64,000 nucleotides of DNA from Malacoraja senta. Its lineage: Eukaryota. A program made the translations under genes and the position numbers. Below, piece after piece: positions 12,330-23,447 of the stretch (the stretch's first letter is position 1; every line of letters begins with the position of its first letter). Where the stretch lies: NCBI GenBank assembly GCA_038087875.1, contig JAXLNO010000062.1, forward strand, positions 186,001-250,000. The letters are read 5' to 3'. Under the pieces are notes generated by a model. It saw nothing but the letters and a program-made list of their open reading frames with translations. It searched no databases and was not told the DNA's origin.

Positions 12330-12745
12330 AAATAATTGAATTATTTACAATAATATGTACAGTACAAAATAAATCAAATCAAAACCCACCTCCATAATAC
12401 AGGTCAAACAAATATACTGAATATACTACTATACAACTATCACCATCCTTATTGAGGGTGCTTTCCTCGTCCCGTGGTGCTCACTGGTCCCGGAAATCCC
12501 CCAGGGAGCCCGTGGACAACGCGTAGTCCCTTTCTAAAACCAACGTGATGCCGGAAAAGGGGCAGCTAGCAGGCTCGGGTAGAGCCCTCTTCCGCCTGGT
12601 TCTGGGCCTTGTGGATGGCCAGCTTGACCAGGCCTATGAAGAACCGAACTAGGACATCTTCGGCCCCACGCACAGTTTGTCCAAGGATGAGGATGGTGGG
12701 TGTGAAGTGCAGCCAGAAGGCAAGGAGCAGCCCCTTTCGGTATTG
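12330..12745 (-). mobile_element. Tx1-like (L1 clade) ORF2 C-terminus and 3' UTR fragment
   Basis: Minus strand LLLAFWLHFTPTILILG...EDVLV...LAIH...LERDYALSTG. Confidence 0.65.
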
Positions 12746-12749
12746 GAAC

Positions 12750-13413
12750 CCCCCAGCGGCGCTGTCCTTTTACAACCGCTTCCCACTTTCCAGCCGCTTC
12801 CCATCAGCTGCCAGCAATGAGGGATAGACTTGCCTATCCCTCAGTACAGCAACATCATTCTTGATGTTGCTATACTGAGGAACAGCCAAGTCTATCTTTC
12901 TTGGCTAACAACCTAACCTTCGGCCTGCAGGTAAATTGTCGTGCCTTATTTTTGGGTAAACAATAGCTTCTTCATTGCCGGAAAGACGGTATTTAAAAAC
13001 ATAAGGCTCAAAGAAATCTACTTACCACATTATTTGTACACTAACTACGTTCTTCTCTCTTTGTTTCATAAGATACTCTTAAGATAAGGACAATCTATGT
13101 TTGAAAAACCCGCCAAGAAACTTGCACTGCGCATGCGCAGACCACGGTGTAAAGGCAGAATTTCAGCTAGATTCAGCTCCCCTTGTCATTGAAGGTTGAA
13201 GCAGCATCGACGGCACGTGAGCTGCACATACTTTCACGTATTACATGTACTGCGGATGAAAGGCATGGGAGAATTATGCCTATGTAAGAGATCGATCTCA
13301 TAGGTAGGCATAATTCTCCCGTGCCTTTACTATTTATATTTAATAATGACCATTTTATAATTTTAGTCAGTGTAGGCAGTGCCTACCTTGCCTACCCTGA
13401 TGGCACATGCCTG
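12750..13413. mobile_element. End of a hAT-like DNA transposon containing two long hairpins; inverted relative at ~43756-44185
   Basis: Terminus (minus) CAGGCATGTGCCATCAGGGTAGGCAAGGTAGGCACTGCC truncates the SWIM gene. The left boundary is uncertain. Confidence 0.55.
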
Positions 13414-14307
13414 TCAGGGACAGGCCTAACAAAAGTCCACTCAGTACTTTGACCTGCAGCAACTCCGATGCTCGACAAGAAGCGGATGACACTGATGGAG
13501 CTTCATCTCTGGCTTGTTGCTGTTCCGGCTCAGTCCCCTCTATGGTAGCATCAAGCCATCTTTTCTTCTGTGCTGCTGAAGAGAAGTTAACTTTGCTGAC
13601 AGGCGCAGCTTTAACCTGCTTTCTCGTTGGCTCCATCCAATATGCTTTGACCTGGGTGACTGTTGTCTTCTCACTAATCCGTACTCCAGTGTCAATACCA
13701 AAGAGAACCGTCACTACATGGGTACAAACTACTCCGAGCCCTGCCTTGCAATCACAGTGGGCACTGTATATCTGGCCATTTGTCCCAATAACCCAAGGCA
13801 TCAATGGCTTAGAATTCACGCCGACAGCTTGTGAGTGCAGAACCTGTGGTACGAGGATAATTGAAAAGAAAAAGAAAAAGTGTTAAAATAGCTTCCAATA
13901 AGTAATAGCATAAATAACATAAGTAAGTAATAGCATAATGATAGAAAACTTACTTTTCCACACACCACTCGTAAGTCTGGAGAATTATTTGCGATGTATA
14001 CACTAGTGTCATGTAACCAACCATTAGCAAACTGATTGTAAGCCTCAGATGACTTGTTGGCCTGAAAATTCTTTGCTGTGTATGGACTGGGCGTTGAGAT
14101 GAGGTAGGCCATGATGTCCATGGAATTAAGTTCTGGCAGTTGGGAGATGTCATAGGATCTCTCAGCTTCAGGCACTAAATAATGATCAATACCATTCAAG
14201 GAGACTTTTTGGACATATTATTCGTACTCAGCTGCGAGATTTGAGGCATACTGTGACAATTGAACGGATACGGGGGCAGAGGACGGGCTCGCTACACTGG
14301 ACGCCAT
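13414..14307 (-). pseudogene. Spliced SWIM zinc-finger gene of the type carried by ISL2EU/Kolobok DNA transposons (copies 26083-26976 and 35453-36346)
   Basis: ATG at 14307; exon 1 ends at 13954; GT-AG intron 13953-13844 joins VCGK|VLHSQ. SWIM motif HCDCKAGLGVVCTH. Early in-frame TAA; 3' end truncated by the hAT end. Confidence 0.8.
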
Positions 14308-14700
14308 GGTGAGTGCTTACCTGCAGTTCACCGCGTGTACTCCAGTTGACGTTGCGTGGCAACAGTACAGGTCACGGGTCGTGACCTCGACAGCCGTGCA
14401 ACCTCCCTATAGTCTGGGTTGGGTCTGAACTGGGATGTCTGGAACCGGAGCTGGAATCCACGAGGTAAAAGATGGATGCGCAGGCAAGTCCCGAGAAAAC
14501 AAACATGGTGTGGTAACGGATCTGGGTTACGACATGGTCGTAGAGTCGGAGGGAAGGAGGAATCACAGAGGGGGAGCAGTGAGAGAGGATGTTGCTGAAC
14601 TCTCATCGGACAGAGGAGGAAAACTTCAAAGTAGACGTATCTTGAGTAGATTTCGCAGTGGAGTGGACAATATGTTTAAGAGAAACTGCAGATGCTGGTT

Positions 14701-15266
14701 TGGCAAGGGACCTATAAAGTTCAAAAAAATTAAATCGAAAGATTTCAACCCTGGCCACCAATAGTACATTTGTGAATGGGCCATCATGGCATGTAATCCA
14801 TTATGTGCCATGCCCATGCCTTGGTGTACTTCTTGTGATAAACCAATTCTGTCTCATATGGAAGGTATCAGCTGTAACCCTTTGATGGGAAGGTTGAGCA
14901 CAATCTTTCCATCTGGGTCTTTGCTCTATGTATATCTGGCGGGATAGCGGGGTGTTTTGATCCATTAGTTGCTTGAGAACCAAATCTTGGTTTTAACGTC
15001 TCTGTGTTCTTGTGACTACACACACCTTTGTCATGTTTGGTGTTAAGGAGACAGTAATTTTTGCCATCTGGTCTGCCAGGTTATTCCCGTATGCATGAAG
15101 CCCCTTTTTTGGTGTGGGCTTCTACATGGATTATCTCTAAATGGGGATAGGTCTTTCGTATTTTTGCCAATTATTTCCAGGCTTCAGCATGTTTAATTGC
15201 TTTTGAGCCAAGGTTTGTAAAGCCATTCTGTTGCCATAGAGTAAGATCCATTTTATATCCTTTGAA
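14701..15266 (-). mobile_element. pol: Foamy-virus-like pol fragment (RNase H C-terminus and integrase N-terminus), copy 1
   Basis: WQQNGFTN...IKHAEAWK, IIHVEAH...GNNLADQMA, YPARYT, AHNG...YYWWPGLK, FIGPLP, with stops and frameshifts. Confidence 0.85.
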
Positions 15267-18200
15267 TTGGACCATCACTGCCACAGGCAATGATGGTCCA
15301 ATTCTATATTGCCATCGTAGAGTCTTTCCTCACCTTCTCCATCATGGTCTGGTTTGGCTCAGCCACCAAAACGACATCCGGAGGCAGCAGCGAATCGTTC
15401 GTTCAGCTGAGAAGGTTGTTGGCTCAGTGCAGGATGATTGGGCGATTAGTACAGGATGAATGGGCAGAGCAGTGCAGGATGGATGGGAAGGGGGGTCAGT
15501 ACAGGATGAATTGCGGGACCAGTGTACGATGGATGGGGGGTGGCAGGAGAATCTGTGAGGTGGATAGGGAGATCAGTGCAGGATGAATAGATGGGGGGGT
15601 AGATGGGGAGGAATGAATAGAGGCGTGAATGGGGATCAGTGCGGGATGGTGAGAAGGGGTCCCAGGATAAGGCGGGTGGAGGGGGGGCGTAGAAGAGAGA
15701 GAGGGGAAGGGGCAGAGGGAGGAAGGAAGGTCAGCGCTCCTCGGACAACTCCGGCATCATCGCCCCGCTGCCTTGGCCGTCCCTGTCCACCGCCAAGTTC
15801 CGCAGCCAAAGGGGGAGGCAGTTGGGGTCTCCTCGCCACCGTCTCCCCTCCTCCGCCAGTCAACAGGAAGGTGCAGGTGCTTCAGACGGCGGAAGGGGGC
15901 CTCCCCCTTCCTCTCTCCCTCCTCCCGGCCTCGGCCTGCGGGAGGGGTTGTTTTGAAAGCGGTTATCGCCGTTGGTGGAGTGGCACGCAGAGGCTGCTAT
16001 GAGGACGGGCGGGGTGCGGGTGGAGGAGGAGGTGGAGCCGCCGCCGCTGCTGTGTGGGGCCTGTCATTCACTCCGACCCTCTGTCACCCCGCACTACAGC
16101 CGTTGCGCCGGCAACCGCGGCCTACGGTGAGCGCCGGCCTACAAACCTCCCCGCGCCCACGTGGCGCGCCTTCCCCCCTTCACTGCACGTTAGCAGCCCT
16201 CGCATCGAGCATAGACACACAATGTTGGAGTAACTCAGCAGGACAGGCAGCATCTCTGGAGGAAAGGAATAGGTGACGTTTCGGGTCGAGATCCTTCTTC
16301 AGACTTCACCCTTGCATCCCCTATCTTGCCGTCCACCCTCCACTGTCAGAGTGAAGCCCAACGTATATTGGAGAAACAGCACGTCATATTTCGCTTGGGC
16401 TACCTACAACCCAGGCGCGGACTCGGTGGGCCGAAGGGACTGTTTCCGTGCTGTATCTCTAAACTAAATACTAAACTAAAGTATGAACATTGATTTATCT
16501 ACCTTCAAGTAACCCTTGCATCCCCTCTCTCTCCGTCCACTCTCCACTGCCAGAGTGAAGCCCAAGGTAAATTGGAGGAACAGCAGATCATATTTCGCTT
16601 GGGCAGCTTACAGCCCAGTGGTATGAATGAAGAAGGATCTTGACCCGAAATGTCCACTATTCCTTTTCTCCAGAGATGCTGCCGAACCCGCTGAGTTACT
16701 CCAGCTTTTTGTATCTATTCAGCGGTATGAATATTGATTTATTTAACTTCAAGTAAGCATTGTTTCCCCCTCGCTCCGTCCCACCCCTCCTAGTTCTCCG
16801 AATAGTTTCACTGATTAAAACATTTTACTGATTGTTTGCCTCGTTGTCAGCTTCCCCTCCGCTAACAATGAACATTCCTTGACCATAGTCCCCTTTGGTC
16901 TGTGTTCTCACATCTTAACATTCCATATCTCTGTCTCCCTTTCCCCTGACTCTCAGTCTGAAGAAGAATCGTGACCCGAAACGTCACCCATTCCTTCCCT
17001 CTGGAGATACTGCCTGTCCTGCTGAGTTTTCCAGCATTTGGTGTCTATCTTCGGTTTAAACCAGCATCCGCAGTTCCTTCCTACACACCACCCCCACCCT
17101 AGATAGATAGGAGAGGAATGAATGACGTTTCAGTTCGAGACCTTTCTTCAGACCCTCCAAAGATGCTGCCTGTCTCGCTGAGTAACTCCAGCGTTTTGTG
17201 TTCATTGTTGGCTGAGGGGAAGGTGACAACGAGGTATGCAAACATTAAAATTAATCAGGAGGACAGTAAAACTAGTCGGAGAATAGGATGGAGGACCAAT
17301 TCCTTCTCTTCAGAGATGCTGCTTGTCCCGCTGATTTACTCCAGCATTTTGTGTCTATCTTCGCTGCCAACAATGGACCATGTATGTAGGAAGGAACTGC
17401 AGATGCTGGTTTACACTGAAGATAGACACAAAATGCTGGAGTAACTCAGTGGGACAGATAGCATCTCTGGAAAAGAAGGATCTCAACGAGAAAGGTCACA
17501 CATTCCTTCTCTCAAACCATGGACCATTGTAGGCTCCACCTTTCCTTGATCATCGTTACTTTGTTGTATAACTTTCATTCATTTGTTCTATATTTCTCTA
17601 TCACCATCTATAGATATAATTTCCCTTTCCCCTGACTCTCAGTCTGAAAAAGGGTCTCGGTCCGAAACGTCACCTATTGCTTTTCTCCAGAAATGCTGCC
17701 TGACTGGCTGAGTTCTCCAGCTAATTGTGTCTATCTTTGGTATAAACCAGCATCTGTAGTTCCTTTTTCCAGAGATGCTGCCTGACCTGTTGAGTTACTC
17801 CAGCTTTTTGTGCCTATCTTCTGTTTAAACTAGCATCTGCAGTTCCTTCCTACACCTAACCGTTTATTTATTTTATTTCTAACTATCTCCGTTCGCTTCT
17901 GCATTTGAAACAAACAAAAACGTCACCGTAGCTCGCTTACATATTAAAAAATCACAGTGGCTTGCGTCAGTGCAGTGCGTGGGACGGGATCCCACAGTGT
18001 GGGCTGCAGTTCTGCGGTGTCGATCGGCTGCAGGGAACGCTTGCAAGCACCATTATTCGGCCACAGATTCCCTATTTGAACCAATAATAACACTGGAAAA
18101 AATACTGCATCAAATTTACTGCTATCAGAGTGCAAGTTTTGGTTCTCCGGAATATGAATAGCTGGAGGGCTAATGGAAATTGAATGTATTTCTTTCTCCT

Positions 18201-18908
18201 TCTGAAGAAGGGTCTCGACCCGAAACGTCACTTATTCCCCTTCTCCAGAGATGCTGCCTGACCCGCTGAGTTACACCATTTTTTGTGTGTCTATCTTCGG
18301 TATAAACCAGTATCTGCAGTATCAAGCCGGGCAAAATGACACGGCTTTTAGGTTGCCCGGCGGGACTTTAGGTGGCCATTGGCAACTGGGCAATCATTAA
18401 TTTCGAGCCCTGCTGTATGTTTTATCTTTGGTGTGCTAGTTGTAAATGTGCGCTGCATCTGCTAAATGATTTAGTTTTTATGTATCCTGCTACCATATCT
18501 TTAATTTAAGTCCAGAGTCTAGCATTTCCCTAATCCTGATGCCAGCCTAACTGATCTGCAGTTCCTCATTTTCTATCTCCCTCTCTCCAGAGATAGTGAG
18601 GTGTCATTTGCTCTCTTCCAATTTGTGTGAACCATTCTGCAACCTACGGAATTTTGGAAAACGATGAACAGTGCGCCTGCCTGAAAGGCTACGGATCAAG
18701 TTGTGGAATTTGGGCAGCTATTTTCCAGCCGGCACGGACACCATCTTCTATGTCACCAACTTTACGATTCCTTGAAACTGGCAAGACGTCTGATTCACAC
18801 AACACAGTGGAAACCTGGAGCGCTCTCCCCAAAAGGCTTTTTGGATGCTATGGGTCTGTTCGTACTTTCACTGCCATGTTAGATAGGAATTTTGGTGGGA
18901 GGGTTAAT

Positions 18909-19070
18909 AATAATAATAATAATGGATTTTATTTACGGGCACCATACAGAGATTTATAGAAAACATATAATCAGAATTTTAAAAAAATAGGTTATAAAGA
19001 CCAATACATAATTCAGGGACAGAATTCCTTCCAAAAACATTTAAAAAAAAGAAAATCAGAAGCACAACTT
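18909..19070 (-). mobile_element. 162-bp retroposed 3'-end insert specific to copy 2
   Basis: Absent from copies 1 and 3 (gggttaat|gaggg). The minus strand ends AATAAA followed by a (TTA)n tail. Confidence 0.7.
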
Positions 19071-20313
19071 GAGGAGATTCGGAGCAAATGTGCATAAATT
19101 CATCTGAGCACAGGCCTTCCCTGACTAACAAATGGATTCCATTTGTACAGATGTTGATTCTTGTACATGTCAGAAAATAGACAAAAATCACTGTTTACCA
19201 TTTTGTAATGAATGGCATTAAACACATAATGCTGACAAGAAGAAACAATTGTTAAAAGAGACAAAACTAGTTCTGACGTTCCTAGAAATGAACGTATGTA
19301 TGTACATCGGACTTTTGAATTTAATATTGGAGCTTTTCTGCATGTATGGGTTTCTCGTAAGTGGGGCATTTGTTAATCTGGGATGGCCTGTGTACTGCTC
19401 TGTCATTGTCTAATTGAATGTCAAGAAAAATATTTGAGGAACTGAATTGATTATGCTTTTAGCTTTGAAGAGGGATGTTGTGCAGATCATCTAATTGAGG
19501 TATAGAAAAGTATTTATGGCACGGAATATAATTTTATATTCAGGAGGGAGGGACGGAATGCTGAGACACAACAAATTTGCCATATGCTTGTTTAGTTTCT
19601 GTAATGAAGAATGAATTGTAATCTGGCAAGCAAAGTCATTAATGGATTGTCTCGCGATTCCCAGGCATACTTTACACATGCCTGGCTATTTCACGTAATA
19701 GATCAAAAGTATTGCCTTTGATTCTTTTTCACCAAATCAGTATCCCTTGGTTGGAAACCTTTATGCCTGGCAAGAACCGTATGTACCTTACTGATCTATG
19801 AACTCTCCTTTTAACCTTCTCTAAGCACGACAATCCCACTTTCTTTGGATTTTTCATGGAAGTGAAACCGTTCATCTTGATACCATTCTTGCTGTTTAAT
19901 GCAGTCAAGCAGACTTGTGTAGAAGAGATTTGTAAAAACGTAGCATACCTTGTTTTATACTTTGCTTCTCTGTTCCAAAGGTTCGGTGTTCCTTTTTTAA
20001 ACTGACTACTCAACCAACTTGTTCTGCAATTGTTAAAAATTGCCTTTGTACATCTGCAGCGGTCTCTGTCCCAACATCCCCCATAAAATTGTACCATTAG
20101 GTTACATGGAATTCTAGAGGTGAGAGCTGGGTTACTGTTCCTTATCCGTTGCTAAGGTAGCACACCGTGCAGTGTAGCATTGATTCCACTGATGAGGTGA
20201 TGTGGAATGCTTGGTTTTAGGTACTGGTCATTCCAACCAATGACAGGACTCAGACACAAGTCGTAGACAACTCTAGACTGTCATTAGAACATTGGACATT
20301 AAAAACTACTGTA

Positions 20314-23300
20314 AGTTATAACATTATTTCAAATCACAAAACAAGAACACTTCGAATTCGGGGACAAACCCCACAAACTTCTAGCACGACAACTTAAAAA
20401 ACGGGAAAAAGAGAATGCAATATTAAAGATTAAATCAGATAGAGGGGAAGTATTAACACTACCCAAGGATATTAATAAAAGATTTGCTCAATTTTACCAG
20501 AATCTATACACATCTAAAACGTCAATAGACAATAATAAAATCTCAGAATTTTTAGATAATTGTAATCTACCACAATTAGAACGCAGGGAACAAGAGGAAC
20601 TGGGAGCACAAATTACTTCTAAGGAGATAGAAGACACAATAAAAACACTAAAAAATGGAAAAACACCAGGACCAGACGGATTCAGTAATGAATTTTATAA
20701 ATCTTTTTATGATATAGTTACTCCACGATTACAAAAAATGTATACATATGCTTATAAAGAGCAAAACCTACCTGAAACACTAGCGGAATCAACGATCATA
20801 TTAATACTTAAAAAAGATAAAAATATAGAAGAACCAGGATCATATAGAGCTATTGCTTTGTTAAATACGGATCAGAAAATAATAGCAAAAACATTAGCCA
20901 ATAGATTAAGCAAGTATGTTAGTAGACTAATACATGAGGATCAAACAGGATTTATACCTAAGAGACACTCATTTAATAATTTGAGACGTTTGCTTAACAT
21001 AATGCATTCACATAAATCTTATGACCAAGAGTTAGCTATCATCTCACTGGACGCAGAAAAAGCGTTTGATCAAGTAGAATGGGACTATATGATCAAAGTA
21101 TTGCAAAAATTCCAATTGGGAGAAAACTTTATTGCATGGATAAAACTACTATATAACAAACCTACGGCTAGAATACTAACTAATAATATATTATCTTCAA
21201 AATTCGAATTATCTAGGGGCAACAGACAAGGATGTTCACTATCACCGCTGTTATTTGCTTTGGTAATTGAACCCCTTGCTGAAAAAATAAGAACACACTC
21301 GAATATTCACGGTTATAACACAAAATATTCAAACAACAAACTATCCCTATATGCTGATGATGTACTACTGTACATCACAAAACCACAAATTAGTATACCA
21401 AATATATTAAACTTAATTGAGGACTTTGGATCCTTTTCAGGATATAGAATAAATTGGAACAAAAGTGAAATTATGTCGATTAAACCAAAAGACTCAACAC
21501 ATCTCAGGAAATTCCCTTTTAAAATAGCTATGGAAAAATTCAAATATTTAGGAATTGAGATTACTAGAAATTACCATGATATGTTTAAAGCTAATTATAA
21601 TCCCCTACTTAAGAAATTAAATAATCTGATTAAATTTTGGAAAACACTTCCGATGTCCTTAATAGGTAGGATAAATGCTATAAAAATGATTTTCTTACCA
21701 CAAATCCTTTACCTATTTCAATCAATACCTATATATCTCCCAAAAAAGTTTTTCAAAAAACTGGACTCAGACATTACAAATTTTATATGGGATTACAAAT
21801 CCCACAGAATACAAAGAACACACCTTAACAAACGAAAAGAGTTGGGGGGTCTAGCGCTCCCTAACTTTATGTATTATAACTGGGCAGTAAATATTAAAAA
21901 TATGATTCACCTGCTGGACAATTCTGCCCAGCAGGTGGACTGGATTATAATGGAAAAAGGGGATTGCTCCCCGAATAATATAGGAGCGATTATTCTCTCT
22001 CCAATAAATTTGAATAATAAAAATTATAATAAAAATCCAATTATATATAGCACTATTAGAACATGGAAGCAAATAAAACAGAATCTAAAATTAAGAAACC
22101 TATCTCTCTTAATACCAATAGTCAATAACCCATCGTTTAAACCTTCAATCATAGATAAAGCATTTATACAATGGGAAAGAATGGGAATTAAAACGCTCGA
22201 AGATCTGTATGAATTAGAAAAATTACTATCATTCCAACAACTACAACTGAAATATAATTTGAAAAATAATCAATATTTTAAATATATACAAATCTGTGAC
22301 TATTTGAAAACACACACAAAAGATTATTATAATATGCCTTCCGACTTACTAGATGAAGCAATGAAGACAAAGGCGGAATCAGTTAATTTAATATCATACT
22401 TATATAATATCATCTTAAATATAGAAATACCCACAACAGATGGAATTAGAAGAGATTGGGAACAAGATCTAGGTATAAAAATTTCAAAAGAGAGTTGGGA
22501 TAATCATTTATTACAGGTGCATAAATGCTCGATCAACGTACGACATACGCTTATCCAATTTAAAACATTACATAGATTATATTATTCAAAAACCAAACTA
22601 AATAAAATCTTTCCTAACGTCTCACCAATCTGTGATAAATGTATATGTCAAGAAGCTACCATAGCACATTCTTTTGTTTTTTGTACAAAAATCCAAAAAT
22701 TCTGGTTTGAAATATTTGATATTTTTTCAAAATTAATCAAAATAAAACTGGTACCAAAACCAGAATGGATTATTTTTGGAATATCGGAAGGTATTCCTGA
22801 ATTAAACGTGTATCAGAAGAATTTACTCAATTATGGGCTAATAATGGGAAAAAAGCTTATACTTAAATTCTGGAAAAATGCGCCCACACCAACAATAAAA
22901 ATATGGACATCAAATATGTTGGAAACATTACATCTGGAAGAGATGAGATTCCTCCTAGTAGGCAAAGTAGATCAATTTCAAAAGACGTGGTCTACGTTTT
23001 TGGACCTATTACAAGCATGAGGTGCAATAGTAATTTAGAAAAACAAATAAATAAATAAAAGGTATCTGGACCTGGTAATGGGAGGTAAAATAAAAACAGA
23101 CTTGGTTGGTAGTTCCTTCTCTATGAAGTATGGTATAAGAGTTATAATAGAGCGATTGTTCCTTCTTTCTTTCTCTTTTTTTTTCTAGGGTCTATTTTCT
23201 AACTTTACTTCCTTCTCTAACCTCTTTTCTAAGGGGCTTTCTTTTCCCAACACTCTTTTGCACTTCACAACCTTTGCGCACTTTCTTCACTTTTCTTACT

Positions 23301-23393
23301 TCTTTCTTTTTCTTTCTTAAAGTTTAAAAAAGTGAAGCGGTACAAAAAATGTATTAATATATACGTGTTGTACATTACTGTAATCTACCGTAC

Positions 23394-23431
<38 letters not shown>

Positions 23432-23447
23432 AATAAAAATAAAAAAA
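20314..23447 (+). mobile_element. Young 5'-truncated L1 LINE
   Basis: 13-bp TSD AAAAACTACTGTA (20301-20313 and 23448-23460) at a TT/AAAA site, poly(A) tail, empty site in copies 1 and 3. Confidence 0.97.
20315..23020 (+). CDS. L1 ORF2 remnant (RT and C-terminal Cys-rich region; endonuclease missing); first ATG at 20738
   Basis: Frame open from the 5' junction: FEFGDKPHKLLARQL, GKTPGPDGF, DAEKAFD, RQGCSLSPLLF, LYADD, CDKC..H...C. Confidence 0.9.
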   Translation, partial: VITLFQITKQEHFEFGDKPHKLLARQLKKREKENAILKIKSDRGEVLTLPKDINKRFAQFYQNLYTSKTSIDNNKISEFLDNCNLPQLERREQEELGAQITSKEIEDTIKTLKNGKTPGPDGFSNEFYKSFYDIVTPRLQKMYTYAYKEQNLPETLAESTIILILKKDKNIEEPGSYRAIALLNTDQKIIAKTLANRLSKYVSRLIHEDQTGFIPKRHSFNNLRRLLNIMHSHKSYDQELAIISLDAEKAFDQVEWDYMIKVLQKFQLGENFIAWIKLLYNKPTARILTNNILSSKFELSRGNRQGCSLSPLLFALVIEPLAEKIRTHSNIHGYNTKYSNNKLSLYADDVLLYITKPQISIPNILNLIEDFGSFSGYRINWNKSEIMSIKPKDSTHLRKFPFKIAMEKFKYLGIEITRNYHDMFKANYNPLLKKLNNLIKFWKTLPMSLIGRINAIKMIFLPQILYLFQSIPIYLPKKFFKKLDSDITNFIWDYKSHRIQRTHLNKRKELGGLALPNFMYYNWAVNIKNMIHLLDNSAQQVDWIIMEKGDCSPNNIGAIILSPINLNNKNYNKNPIIYSTIRTWKQIKQNLKLRNLSLLIPIVNNPSFKPSIIDKAFIQWERMGIKTLEDLYELEKLLSFQQLQLKYNLKNNQYFKYIQICDYLKTHTKDYYNMPSDLLDEAMKTKAESVNLISYLYNIILNIEIPTTDGIRRDWEQDLGIKISKESWDNHLLQVHKCSINVRHTLIQFKTLHRLYYSKTKLNKIFPNVSPICDKCICQEATIAHSFVFCTKIQKFWFEIFDIFSKLIKIKLVPKPEWIIFGISEGIPELNVYQKNLLNYGLIMGKKLILKFWKNAPTPTIKIWTSNMLETLHLEEMRFLLVGKVDQFQKTWSTFLDLLQA

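Larger units (their letters stand above)
6051..15423 (+). repeat. Tandem segmental duplication, copy 1 (9373 bp)
   Basis: Near-identical to 15424-28092 and 28093-37463; the same ORF set recurs three times. Confidence 0.97.

Noticed and set aside
13407..13886. 159-aa plus-strand ORF and similar ORFs opposite the CR1 and Rex1 ORFs
   Set aside because: Antisense shadows of the real minus-strand coding sequences.
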